A stretch of 23,426 nt of DNA, taken from an uncultured bacterium. Lineage in GTDB: Bacteria; Muiribacteriota; UBA9980. The notes under the pieces are model-generated. The model was not told the origin of the DNA and searched no databases. It was given only the letters and a program-made list of their open reading frames with translations. A program made the translations under genes and the position numbers. Positions 8,500 to 17,048 of the stretch are shown one piece after another. Every line of letters starts with the position of its first letter. The first letter of the stretch is position 1. The DNA is taken from positions 1 to 23,426 of the forward strand of contig CAZJFS010000060.1 in NCBI GenBank assembly GCA_964545075.1, written 5' to 3'.

Positions 8500-9527
8500 A
8501 TTTTATAAAATTTGATGCGGAAGGCGAAGGGGCCGACGATGGAAACGTCGCCGGTTATTTCAATGGACAGCTTTATTTTGCTGTTTTTTTGTTTGATGTC
8601 GTTTATTATGTCGTGCATCGTTATAGAATCGAAACCTGAGAATGGTTCTATTATCATGCCGTCATTTTTAAGCTTGGTTCTGACTTTGTCGAAAAACTTT
8701 ATCAATTCGATTTTTATGAATTCACGGCTTTTAGCGCCGTCGATGACGACGTTGTCCGTATCTCCGCTTCCGGATGGCGATTCGAAAACGAAGCGGTCGC
8801 CCTTTTTATAGATTATCCGGTTCATTTCAGCCTGGACCTTGACGTCTTCGAGATATTCGCCTACCATTACGCGTTGAGTGGTTTTAAGGTAAACGACGAG
8901 TTCCTCTTTAGGTTTTAATTTTTTTGAGGTCTCCATCAAAGGATCGCGAAGCTGGTTCCATATGGATTCAAATGGCCTTGTTTTCACGCCTATCTGTTCG
9001 CTCGCGCTCCTGACCCTTCCGACCATGTCAGTGTATTGTTTTTCTATTTCAACGGGTTTGGAGTCGGAAGATATGACGACATAATCGAGCAGCTCTTCTG
9101 GTTGAAACACGACATTTTCGAGTTTTTTGATCTGAAGCGTCTTTTCAAGTGAAAGAGATTCGGCCTTGAGTTTTTCCTTCGATTCGTTCATGTCTTTTAA
9201 AACTTCAAGCGCCCTTGCATATTCAATTTCTATTGAGTCGTAAACAGATTTTTGCTCTTCGAGTTTTTTTGTGAGTTCTTCCCTGTCGCGTCTTATTTCT
9301 TCTATTTTAAAAAGAGCGATTCTGACCTCTTCGGAAAAAACCGCGAGAACAGCCATGGTAACTATCGTTATAAGCATTCCGGTTATTATGGATATGACGA
9401 TGGCGGTTGTTTTGGGGCGCATGCCCGGAATGGAAATACGCATCTTGCCTATCTTGCGTCCGAGAACATCTCCGACGTAGGCCAGAACACCGCTTAATAT
9501 CAATAAAATAATTATGTTAAAATACAT
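8496..9527 (-). CDS. Membrane-anchored coiled-coil protein, DUF3084-like; function unknown
   Basis: 343 aa. Two N-terminal TM helices, a ~100-aa charged coiled coil (EEIRRDREELTKKLEEQKSVYDSIEIEYARALEVLKDMNESKEKLKAE) and a C-terminal beta-rich domain. Resembles the DUF3084 architecture as I recall it. Confidence 0.5.
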   Translation of the reverse strand: MYFNIIILLILSGVLAYVGDVLGRKIGKMRISIPGMRPKTTAIVISIITGMLITIVTMAVLAVFSEEVRIALFKIEEIRRDREELTKKLEEQKSVYDSIEIEYARALEVLKDMNESKEKLKAESLSLEKTLQIKKLENVVFQPEELLDYVVISSDSKPVEIEKQYTDMVGRVRSASEQIGVKTRPFESIWNQLRDPLMETSKKLKPKEELVVYLKTTQRVMVGEYLEDVKVQAEMNRIIYKKGDRFVFESPSGSGDTDNVVIDGAKSREFIKIELIKFFDKVRTKLKNDGMIIEPFSGFDSITMHDIINDIKQKNSKIKLSIEITGDVSIVGPFAFRIKFYKI

Positions 9528-9554
9528 CTTGTTAAAAGTTATCGGCTTAATTTC

Positions 9555-11702
9555 TTAAAGGTTTATCGAATAAAGAGCGTAACCGTTTTTCTGATGTATA
9601 AGCCTGGCTTCTTCCTTCAAAAATTTCGAGAACAACTCTTTTCTTTCGGGTTTTGGAGGCTTTTCATCGTCCGGTTTTTCGATATAGGAAAGGAATTGCT
9701 TTAATTGAGGTTTTCCTATGAGCATGTGCGTTATTTTTTTCGCGGCCAGATGCTTCTTCAGTTCGCCCGGGGTTTTGAAAGGGAAATGATCCGTGATATT
9801 TCCATCTTTGTCAATGGTTTCAACATCTTCGAACGGGGTAGGTTCAAAGACGTCGTTCCATGTGTAGTTTTTATTAAAATAATAAGTGCGCGGCTCATAA
9901 AGCGGAGCGAGCATGATTTCGCCGGTCGAGTTCTTCAAGATCTCGTTATAAGCTGTCGCGCAGGAATATACGGGAAGATTTCTGTCGAGAAACGATTCTT
10001 TGGTTTCATAGCCTGAAAGATACGCCGCTGGCTCTTTTTTCACGAACTCGACGAAAGCCGGGTATGCGTTGAAACAGGAAATGACAAGCGCAAAAGTTAC
10101 GGCGGCCCTCCAAGTTATTTTATCGGTGAAGTTTTTTTTCGCGAACCATTCGAGGCCGTAAGACGCCGCAATGTAAAAAAGAGGCAGCGCCGGAAGAAAA
10201 TATCGCGTGGATTGCGCCCGTAAAACGAAGAGATAATAAATCGCGAAAATAAAGAATACTGCTTTTGATGAAGTTCTGGTTTCTGCATTTTTCGAGTTGA
10301 AAAGTTTTGTTATTGCGTATAAATAGAACGGGATCATGGCAAGAAATGTTATGCCCATGACGCCGTCATAGCAGCGTATGCCGTAATATTGAGAATCCGT
10401 CGTTATCGTCAAAGGAAAAAGTGCGAGATTTGCCGGCGTTTTTTCGCGGCCGAGGCGGTTCAACACTTCGAGATAGCTTTCGAGATTATCGTATGAAACG
10501 GTTTCGGTGTTAAAAAAATATTTGAAAAATGGATAAAAAGGATTGCCGGTGAAGGCGAAATTTTTAATGCAGTACGGCGAAAATATAAAATAGGCTATCA
10601 GCATCGTTCTTACAGCGATTACAATGTTTTTTTTCAGCTCGCCGCCGCGTCTGAAAAAAATTATGGTGAAAAATAATACCGCCGACATCATAAGGCCGGT
10701 ATATTTGGCCGAGAGCGCTCCGCCGAGAAAGACGGCCGTAAGATAAACGTCTCCGCGGAGAAGGAAAAGACATGCGGCCGTAAAATAAAACATCAGGCCG
10801 AGGTCTACGAAAGCGTAAGAAGCCATCAAAAGCGCCTGCGGGTGGGCGGCCACTAAAAGCGCCGCCGCGGTTCTGCAGCGCGTTCCGATCTCTTTGAGCC
10901 CCGCCTTTTCAAGCGGAAAGTTGATTATAAGCGTTACCGTCAATAAGTTGAAGATGGCGTGAAAGCTCGAGCAGAGCGTTTCGAATTTAAAGAAAATGAA
11001 AAGCGAATATATGGAATTTAAAAGTTGAGGATAACCCCAGAAATAAATCTCTTTGGGAAAGAAAAGCCGTCCCCGCTGCAGGTATTGTTTGGGTATTTCC
11101 ATCTGGTACGACAGAGCGTCCCAGCCGGTTTGAGGAAGGGCCGAGAATACGAATCCGAACGCTATGATCGAAAAAGCGGCCGCGCCGATCGTGAGCGAAG
11201 TTTTATCGTTTGCCGCTAAACGGGCAACGCTTTCTGAAATTTCGCGGGCGAGTTTCTTGAAAAGCGATGGCGTGAAAAAATTCCCGTCCAGAGCAGATAG
11301 AGCGGTTGAACTCGCGCCGGTCGTTTTAACGCATGTCCTGACGGCGGCCTGTATTAAAAACGGCAGTAGCAAAACAGATGCGAACGAATTGAACGAGCAA
11401 AGCCCCGCCGCGAGCTTGGCGGTTATAAGGGCCGCGACGATGATGAAGCCGGCGCCCAGCCGGAGAGTCGTTTCAAGCCAACCGTTGAACCCCGAGCTGT
11501 CAAGAGGAATGAAAAGGGCTATTGCGCCGTAGTTATGCGCGGACAAAAGAAAAAACAGGAAGAAAAGATATTTAAGCCATTCGACTGAAGGGAAAAAAAG
11601 GACTTTCGTCCATTCGAAAGCCGGAATCGGATGGCCGGACTGATAAACGCAAGCGATGTATATGATAAATATGGAATATACCGCGGATAGAATTTTCGCC
11701 AA
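9555..11702 (-). CDS. Large polytopic membrane protein (about 14 TM helices plus ~170-aa C-terminal soluble domain); possible GT-C-type glycosyltransferase; function unknown
   Basis: 715-aa uninterrupted ORF in the same array between mntP and the DUF3084 gene. Hydrophobic helices throughout the first ~540 aa. TTG start at 11702 with a GGAA upstream. I could not recognise a family-specific motif. Confidence 0.55.
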   Translation of the reverse strand: MAKILSAVYSIFIIYIACVYQSGHPIPAFEWTKVLFFPSVEWLKYLFFLFFLLSAHNYGAIALFIPLDSSGFNGWLETTLRLGAGFIIVAALITAKLAAGLCSFNSFASVLLLPFLIQAAVRTCVKTTGASSTALSALDGNFFTPSLFKKLAREISESVARLAANDKTSLTIGAAAFSIIAFGFVFSALPQTGWDALSYQMEIPKQYLQRGRLFFPKEIYFWGYPQLLNSIYSLFIFFKFETLCSSFHAIFNLLTVTLIINFPLEKAGLKEIGTRCRTAAALLVAAHPQALLMASYAFVDLGLMFYFTAACLFLLRGDVYLTAVFLGGALSAKYTGLMMSAVLFFTIIFFRRGGELKKNIVIAVRTMLIAYFIFSPYCIKNFAFTGNPFYPFFKYFFNTETVSYDNLESYLEVLNRLGREKTPANLALFPLTITTDSQYYGIRCYDGVMGITFLAMIPFYLYAITKLFNSKNAETRTSSKAVFFIFAIYYLFVLRAQSTRYFLPALPLFYIAASYGLEWFAKKNFTDKITWRAAVTFALVISCFNAYPAFVEFVKKEPAAYLSGYETKESFLDRNLPVYSCATAYNEILKNSTGEIMLAPLYEPRTYYFNKNYTWNDVFEPTPFEDVETIDKDGNITDHFPFKTPGELKKHLAAKKITHMLIGKPQLKQFLSYIEKPDDEKPPKPERKELFSKFLKEEARLIHQKNGYALYSINL

Positions 11703-11716
11703 TTTGAATTTCCTTT

Positions 11717-12289
11717 TTAGAAAGAGTGTTCCAAAGCTATTTTAACGCCTATGCCGACGAGTATGACCCCGCCTATTAGTTCCATGCGGTTGCTGAAGGC
11801 CATTCCGAGTCTTTCGCCGATCTTCATTCCGATCACCGTAAGCGCGAGCGTTACGACGCCTATTACGGCGGCGGGGTAGAATATGTTGATGTTGAGCATC
11901 GCGAGGCTCACTCCGACGGCCAGCGCGTCGATGCTCGTGGCTACGACGAGAAACATGAGCGACCATCCGCGAGTCGGGTCCTTTATTATCTCGCTTTTAT
12001 CTTCGGCCGACTCTTTACTTTCAAATGATTCATGGATCATTTTACCGCCTATTATGGAAAGAAGCGCGAGCGCTATCCAGTGGTCGTAACTTGAAATATA
12101 TTTTGAAAAAGAAGCTCCGAGGTACCAGCCTATAACGGGCATTAAAAACTGAAAGAGACCGCAATGAAACGATAGCCGGAATATCTGCCTTTTGTCGACG
12201 CTTTTCAGGCTCAGGCTCGTGACTATGGAAACGGCGAAGGCATCCATGGCGAGGCCGACGGCTATGAAAAAAATGGTTGCAAAATCCAA
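11717..12289 (-). CDS. mntP: Manganese efflux pump MntP (DUF204)
   Basis: 190 aa, six TM helices. The N-terminus IAVGLAMDAFAVSI matches the E. coli MntP N-terminus (LLAFGMSMDAFAASI). Internal duplication is typical of the family. TTG start at 12289 with AGGAAGG 7 nt upstream. Confidence 0.75.
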   Translation of the reverse strand: MDFATIFFIAVGLAMDAFAVSIVTSLSLKSVDKRQIFRLSFHCGLFQFLMPVIGWYLGASFSKYISSYDHWIALALLSIIGGKMIHESFESKESAEDKSEIIKDPTRGWSLMFLVVATSIDALAVGVSLAMLNINIFYPAAVIGVVTLALTVIGMKIGERLGMAFSNRMELIGGVILVGIGVKIALEHSF

Positions 12290-12325
12290 AAAAATACCTT
12301 CCTTTTTACTTTGATTTTTATCGGT

Positions 12326-13489
12326 TCAATCCAGGGCTTTTTGCGTGATCTTAAAGTTAAAGATCGAACCGTGGCCGGGTTTGGATTCGAACCAGAAAAG
12401 GCCTCCGTGCGCTTCGATAAATAATTTCGCGAGGCGAAGCCCGATTCCGAATCCGGATTCTCCCGCCGTTCCGGATGATACCGGCGCGGCCGGGTACTTT
12501 TTTTCGGTGAAGATCTTTTGCTGGTTTTCATTGGTTATGCCCGCGCCTTCGTCCGATATGGAGAAGAAAATGTTTTCGCCTTCGAATAGCGATCTTATGT
12601 TGATAACGCCGTTGACGGGTGAAAATTTAACTGCGTTGCTTATAAGATTGTTAAGGACCAGCAGCATTTTATCCGCATCGATGAAAGTGGTTGAAAGTTC
12701 TGATGAAAAATCTTTTTTTATCGCCAGTTTCTTGCATTCGATGCTGGGCCTGAAAAAATAAAGCGCTTTTTCAATAAGCTCTATAAAATTGCATTTTTGA
12801 GATCTGATTGAAATTTCAGCGTTCTCGAAACAGCCGGCCGTGAGAATGTCGTTGAAAAACTGGCGCGAGCAGTATGAAATGAAGGCTAGCTGTTCGATGT
12901 AATATTTTTTATTTGGAAATTCCTCTTCGACGAACTGCGCCAGGAAGCTTTCCGAATAATTAAGCGCGGCGGTCGAGTGGGTTTTAAAATCTTTTGACAG
13001 CAATGATTCGTATTCGTTTGAAATCTCTTTGAGTTCGGCCAGCTTTTTTCCGAGATTTTTTTCGCGCGCGCTTATTTTTCCGATCTCGCCGGTCTGAAGT
13101 TCTATTTTTTCTTCGAGTTCGTTGGTATGGCGCGTTATGATATCGATCATAAAATTAAGGTTTCTGGCGAGGCTTCCCACTTCGTTTTCGGGCGTCGCAT
13201 CCGCTTTCGCGGAATAATTTCCGGATATTACCTCGTCCGTCACCGCCGAAAGCTTATTGAGAGGTTCGCCGATATTTTTGCGCAATATTTTTTTTGACGC
13301 TACGGATATAAAAAAAACGGCAAGGATATAGCAAAATGAAAAGGCCGCCGTTTTTTCATGGAAGCCTAAAGAGGCGATTTTTTCAGCGTACGTAAAAAAC
13401 GCGGCAAAAAAAATCGCTAAGATAACGGCGCAGGTGAAAGTCAGCTTTCGTCCTACCGCCTTTGAAATCGGCATTTTGGCATGTAACAT
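12326..13489 (-). CDS. Sensor histidine kinase, intramembrane-sensing type (two TM helices with a ~10-aa loop, HAMP-like linker, coiled coil, HisKA-like region, HATPase_c)
   Basis: 387 aa. HATPase N-box NLISNAVKFS, G1 ISDEGAGI, G2 GFGIGLRLAKLF. No periplasmic domain. No response regulator gene anywhere in the window. Confidence 0.85.
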   Translation of the reverse strand: MLHAKMPISKAVGRKLTFTCAVILAIFFAAFFTYAEKIASLGFHEKTAAFSFCYILAVFFISVASKKILRKNIGEPLNKLSAVTDEVISGNYSAKADATPENEVGSLARNLNFMIDIITRHTNELEEKIELQTGEIGKISAREKNLGKKLAELKEISNEYESLLSKDFKTHSTAALNYSESFLAQFVEEEFPNKKYYIEQLAFISYCSRQFFNDILTAGCFENAEISIRSQKCNFIELIEKALYFFRPSIECKKLAIKKDFSSELSTTFIDADKMLLVLNNLISNAVKFSPVNGVINIRSLFEGENIFFSISDEGAGITNENQQKIFTEKKYPAAPVSSGTAGESGFGIGLRLAKLFIEAHGGLFWFESKPGHGSIFNFKITQKALD

Positions 13490-13498
13490 AGAAATTTG

Positions 13499-13527
13499 AT
13501 TTTACCGCATTTTTCCCGTATAGTCAA
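13499..13527 (-). promoter_or_regulatory. Sigma70-type promoter TTGACT-N17-TAAAAT for the histidine kinase; predicts a leaderless or near-leaderless transcript
   Basis: The reverse complement of 13490..13530 reads aaaTTGACTatacgggaaaaatgcggTAAAATcaaatttctATG. The -10 box ends 9 nt before the ATG at 13489, so the TSS falls 0-3 nt from the start codon. Confidence 0.45.
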
Positions 13528-13558
13528 TTTAATTTTAAAATAATTCGGAAAATTAAAG

Positions 13559-13587
13559 TTGATAAAAATCCGGGAAGCTGATATAAT
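13559..13587 (+). promoter_or_regulatory. Sigma70-type promoter TTGATA-N17-TATAAT for the SPFH-lpxL-waaA-miaB-kinase array
   Basis: Plus strand reads TTGATAaaaatccgggaagctgaTATAAT. The spacing is exact. It lies in an AT-rich divergent intergenic region, 86 nt upstream of the SPFH ATG. Confidence 0.5.
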
Positions 13588-13602
13588 AACTCCACAATTA
13601 AA

Positions 13603-13634
13603 GCGGCTATGTCGTAGTCGCCGTTTATTTTTAA
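13603..13634 (+). terminator. Intrinsic-terminator-like hairpin plus T tract within the 5' leader of the SPFH gene (possible attenuator)
   Basis: GCGGCTA (13603..13609), loop TGTCG, TAGTCGC (13615..13621). The stem is 7 bp with one G-U pair, followed by CGTTTATTTTTAA. It sits about 8 nt downstream of the predicted TSS and 38 nt upstream of the start codon. Confidence 0.4.
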
Positions 13635-13672
13635 CGTAATGTTCAGACGCTGGGAACAGAAGGAGCTTTCTA

Positions 13673-14692
13673 ATGGAGTTGTTATACCTTATCCTGATCG
13701 TGATTCTCGTCATGACCGATAGTTACCTCATACAAAGTTACGCCACGGAAAAAAAATCGAAAATAGTCACGAATTCGATGGGAGTTGAAACCATCGTGCC
13801 TTCCATGGAAGTGCAGAGCGGAAAAGCTCTGAGCATCATCAGCGTGAGCGTCGTGATATTCGCCATCGCCGCGACTCTGGTTTCTGGCATAGTCATTATT
13901 CAACCAGGATACCGCGGAGTGGTTTTTAACGTTTTTTCAGGCCTTTCGAATAACGTTTTAAACGAAGGCTTAAACATCGTTATTCCCGTCGTTAACCAGG
14001 TCTATGTTTATGATGTCCGCCGTCAGGAATACACTATGTCGGGCCAGGCCGGCGAAGGCGTAAAAGCCCAGGACAACGATTCGTTATGGTCGCCGACGCG
14101 CGAAGGCCTTCAGGTAGGCCTTGACGTTACGACGTGGTATCGCATTGATCCGTCAAAGGTCCAGAGCCTTCATCAAAAAATCGGCAAGACTTATGCGGAA
14201 AATACGGTCCGGCCCGCTATAAGGGCGACCGTTAGGATGGTCATTTCGGGCTTCTCCATAATGGACGTTTATTCCGAAAAACGCGAATCCATACAGGAAA
14301 CCATTATAAAAAAACTAAGGGAAACGCTTACTCAGGACAATATCATAATCGACAATCTGTTTTTGAGGGATGTCAGATTTCCCGCTGAATTTGCAAAGTC
14401 CATCGAAGAAAAGCAGGTCGCCCAGCAGAGCGCCGAACGCATGAAATACGTGCTTGAGAAAGAACAGAAGGAAGCCGAAAGAAAAGTTATTGAGGCCGAC
14501 GGCCAGGCGAAGTCCATAAAGATAATCAACGAAGCGCTTGCTAACAATCGCAATTATCTTGAATATTTAAAGGTTAACAAGCTTGTCGATAATATAAAGG
14601 TCATGGTGGTTCCGACCGGAACTAATACTCTTATCGACTTGAAATCGGCAATGGGGCCTGACGCTGAATCCGTCAAGCCTGCCGTAAAATAA
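13673..14692 (+). CDS. SPFH/band-7 (prohibitin/stomatin-like) membrane protein
   Basis: 339 aa. N-terminal hydrophobic segments, then the PHB core IIQPGYRGVVFNVFSGL...LNIVIPVVNQVYVYDVRRQEY, then a C-terminal coiled coil (EEKQVAQQSAERMKYVLEKEQKEAERKVIEADGQAK). Strong SD GAAGGAG 7 nt upstream of the ATG. Confidence 0.85.
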   Translation: MELLYLILIVILVMTDSYLIQSYATEKKSKIVTNSMGVETIVPSMEVQSGKALSIISVSVVIFAIAATLVSGIVIIQPGYRGVVFNVFSGLSNNVLNEGLNIVIPVVNQVYVYDVRRQEYTMSGQAGEGVKAQDNDSLWSPTREGLQVGLDVTTWYRIDPSKVQSLHQKIGKTYAENTVRPAIRATVRMVISGFSIMDVYSEKRESIQETIIKKLRETLTQDNIIIDNLFLRDVRFPAEFAKSIEEKQVAQQSAERMKYVLEKEQKEAERKVIEADGQAKSIKIINEALANNRNYLEYLKVNKLVDNIKVMVVPTGTNTLIDLKSAMGPDAESVKPAVK

Positions 14693-14713
14693 ACTTGGCT
14701 AAGGGAAATAAAA

Positions 14714-15667
14714 ATGGGAAAGCCGACGCTGGCTTACAGAGTCCTTACTAACGACCGCGTAAAATCAATACTTGTAAACCTGTTGAAGTCGCTGATATTC
14801 CTTTTCAACCTTATCGGCGAAAGGGCTTCTTTCAGGCTTGCTTCGTTCCTTGGCGGCGCGCTTTACCTTTTCGCCCGGGAAACGCGTGCTTCGACGCTCA
14901 ATTCGATCAGGATCGTTTTTCCCGATATCGGCCGCAATGAAGCGGAAAGGATCGCGAAAAGCGCGTTTGTCCATCAGACGAAAACGTTCGTGGAGCTTCT
15001 CCGGTATCCGTGTCTTAACCGCAAGGAGATCCTCAGAAAAGTGAGAATTTCGGGCATTGAAAATCTGAGGAAGGCGCTTCTTAATGAAAAGGGCGTCATC
15101 CTTCTGGTTCCTCATCTCGGTAATTGGGAGATACTTGGCGCGACGCTCGGGCTTTTAGGCTATAACGTCTATTCTTTTTTTCTGGACGCCAGGATAGATT
15201 CGATAGGCGAGCTCTTGAACAGTTTCCGCGAATCGAAGGGAATAAAACTGATAGCCCGCGCCGAACTGAAAAAGTCGGTCAAAGTTTTGAAGAACAATGC
15301 GCTTCTGGGTGTTATTGCCGATCAGGACGGCGGCGAGAACGGGGTTTATACAGATTTCTTCGGGAAAACGGTTTCCGCGCCCCGCGGTCCGGCGTCGCTT
15401 GCGAGAAGGACCGGAGCCACGGTGCTCCCAATGTACGTTGTCAGAAATATCGACGATACCTATACTATGGTCATTCAAAGGCCTATATTTCTGAAAAAAA
15501 CGTCCGGCAAGGAGGAAGATATAAACCGCTATACACGTGAGTTTTTGAGGATATATGAAAAAATAATTCTTCAGTTCCCCGAACAATGGCTCTGGATGTA
15601 CGACCGCTGGAAAGAGCGCCGCCATGTGGCTGCCTATATTAAAGAAACGGCTTCGAAAAATGGATAA
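14714..15667 (+). CDS. lpxL: Lipid A biosynthesis late acyltransferase, LpxL/LpxM (HtrB) family
   Basis: 317 aa. N-terminal membrane anchor. Acyltransferase motif LLVPHLGNWE (HX4E) with a downstream GVIADQDGG block typical of Lip_A_acyltrans. Adjacent to waaA. Confidence 0.75.
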   Translation: MGKPTLAYRVLTNDRVKSILVNLLKSLIFLFNLIGERASFRLASFLGGALYLFARETRASTLNSIRIVFPDIGRNEAERIAKSAFVHQTKTFVELLRYPCLNRKEILRKVRISGIENLRKALLNEKGVILLVPHLGNWEILGATLGLLGYNVYSFFLDARIDSIGELLNSFRESKGIKLIARAELKKSVKVLKNNALLGVIADQDGGENGVYTDFFGKTVSAPRGPASLARRTGATVLPMYVVRNIDDTYTMVIQRPIFLKKTSGKEEDINRYTREFLRIYEKIILQFPEQWLWMYDRWKERRHVAAYIKETASKNG

Positions 15668-17048
15668 TTTTATTTTATTTATATATAATTTTATAATGGT
15701 GACGGTATTTTTAACGCTTCTGCCTTTTTTGGCGGCGGCCGCGCCCTTCGTCAAACGGCTTCGCCTTGGATTCTGGAATTATTTCGGGCTTCTTTTTCCG
15801 GCGCAGCGCGATTTCGTGGCGCGGGCTAAAAAGAACGGAATGAATTTTTATCTGATACACGGCGTTTCGGTTGGCGAGATAAAGCTCGCGAAATATGCCA
15901 TGGCGCGCATATTAAGAACCGACCCGAAAGCGGTGTTCGCTCTTACTACTACGTCGCCGGACGGTTTGGCCGAGGCGGAGAAAATGCAGTTTGAAAATCG
16001 CGTTCTTCCGCTTTTTTTCCCGGTCGACATTTATTATTTTACGAGTTCCTTTTTAAAACGCATATCGCCGGTCGCCGTTTACATACTCGAGGTCGATCTA
16101 TGGCCTAATTTTATATTGGCGGCGGCGATGAGGGCCATTCCGATTTATCTTCTCAACGGAAGGATCTCGGATAAAACACTCGCTTTTTACTCGAGACTTA
16201 AAAATTTTACGGCATCGCTGCTTTCTTTCTTCGAACTGTTTTTTATGCAGAGCGGCGAGGATGCGCGCCGCATAATCGCCATGGGCGCCGATGAAAAAAA
16301 GGTAAGCGTTATCGGGAATATGAAATTCGATATCGTTCAGAATTTCGCCGACCGTGAAAAGAATGCGGTGCTCTATGATAAGGTGAAGTCCTTTTTCGGC
16401 GAAGGCCATGATTATACGCTGGTCTGCGGCTCCACGCATGAGGATGAGGAAGAGATTATCCTTGGCGCTCTTGAAAACGTTTTAGAAAAACATCCGGATA
16501 AAAGGATGTTGTGCGTCATAGCCCCGCGAAACATATCAAGGGCGCGGCAGATATTATTGCTTGTGCCGGAAAACCACAGGGCCGGGCTTTTTTCAGAAGA
16601 GGCTGTACGCGATGGCTTCGAGCCGGGCAAAACCCGCGCTGGAGGCCTGGACGTTCTCATCATAGATTCGATGGGGTATCTGATGAGCGCTTATTCGATG
16701 GCGGATGCCGCTATCGTCGGCGGAACGTTCTGTAAAAATGACGTCGGGGGCCACAATATAATCGAACCCGCTGTGTTCGGTATTCCCGTTCTTTTCGGCC
16801 CGAGCGTGCGAAACTTCAGGGACGTTGCGAACGAACTCAAAACATCGCAGATAATATTGGAATTTAGCGACGCGCGTGGCCTTAGCGACGCGCTTCTAAA
16901 GATAATGGATCCTGAAAAAGCCATGCTGATATCGCTTGGCGGCAAGAAATTACTCGAGATCGTCGAGAAGAATTCGAATGTTACGGCGAAGATTTTCAAC
17001 TTCATAAAGGAGCATGAATGCAAGATAAGCGCAAATTCAAGATATTGA
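15660..17048 (+). CDS. waaA: 3-deoxy-D-manno-octulosonic acid (Kdo) transferase
   Basis: N-terminal TM helix, then the YLIHGVSVGE motif (E. coli IMLHSVSVGE) and a GT-B C-terminal domain. I chose the ATG at 15660 (MDNF...), which overlaps the lpxL stop as ATGGATAA. The track's longer ORF starts at 15624 in the same frame and would give a 44-nt overlap. Confidence 0.8.
   Translation: MDNFILFIYNFIMVTVFLTLLPFLAAAAPFVKRLRLGFWNYFGLLFPAQRDFVARAKKNGMNFYLIHGVSVGEIKLAKYAMARILRTDPKAVFALTTTSPDGLAEAEKMQFENRVLPLFFPVDIYYFTSSFLKRISPVAVYILEVDLWPNFILAAAMRAIPIYLLNGRISDKTLAFYSRLKNFTASLLSFFELFFMQSGEDARRIIAMGADEKKVSVIGNMKFDIVQNFADREKNAVLYDKVKSFFGEGHDYTLVCGSTHEDEEEIILGALENVLEKHPDKRMLCVIAPRNISRARQILLLVPENHRAGLFSEEAVRDGFEPGKTRAGGLDVLIIDSMGYLMSAYSMADAAIVGGTFCKNDVGGHNIIEPAVFGIPVLFGPSVRNFRDVANELKTSQIILEFSDARGLSDALLKIMDPEKAMLISLGGKKLLEIVEKNSNVTAKIFNFIKEHECKISANSRY

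Noticed and set aside
8401-10640. A/T homopolymers of 8 (10133..10140, 10627..10634, 13749..13756) as phase-variation sites
   Set aside because: They are frequent in this AT-leaning coding DNA and located mid-gene. Only the 5'-proximal T9 in the wecA-like gene and the kinase tracts were kept as low-interest findings.
12375-12400. GGTTCGAATCC tRNA T-loop-like motif on the minus strand
   Set aside because: It lies inside the histidine kinase C-terminus (encodes FESKPG, a standard HATPase tail). The flanks do not form T-stem or acceptor pairing.
13673-13805. Alternative later starts (ATG at 13778 or 13805) for the SPFH gene, which would place an A8 tract in the leader
   Set aside because: Only the 13673 ATG has a strong SD (GAAGGAG, 7-nt spacer). 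The later ATGs have none.
15624-15659. Longer waaA start at 15624 as in the ORF track
   Set aside because: It gives a 44-nt out-of-frame overlap with lpxL. The ATGGATAA start/stop overlap at 15660 is the more typical coupling. Kept as an alternative.
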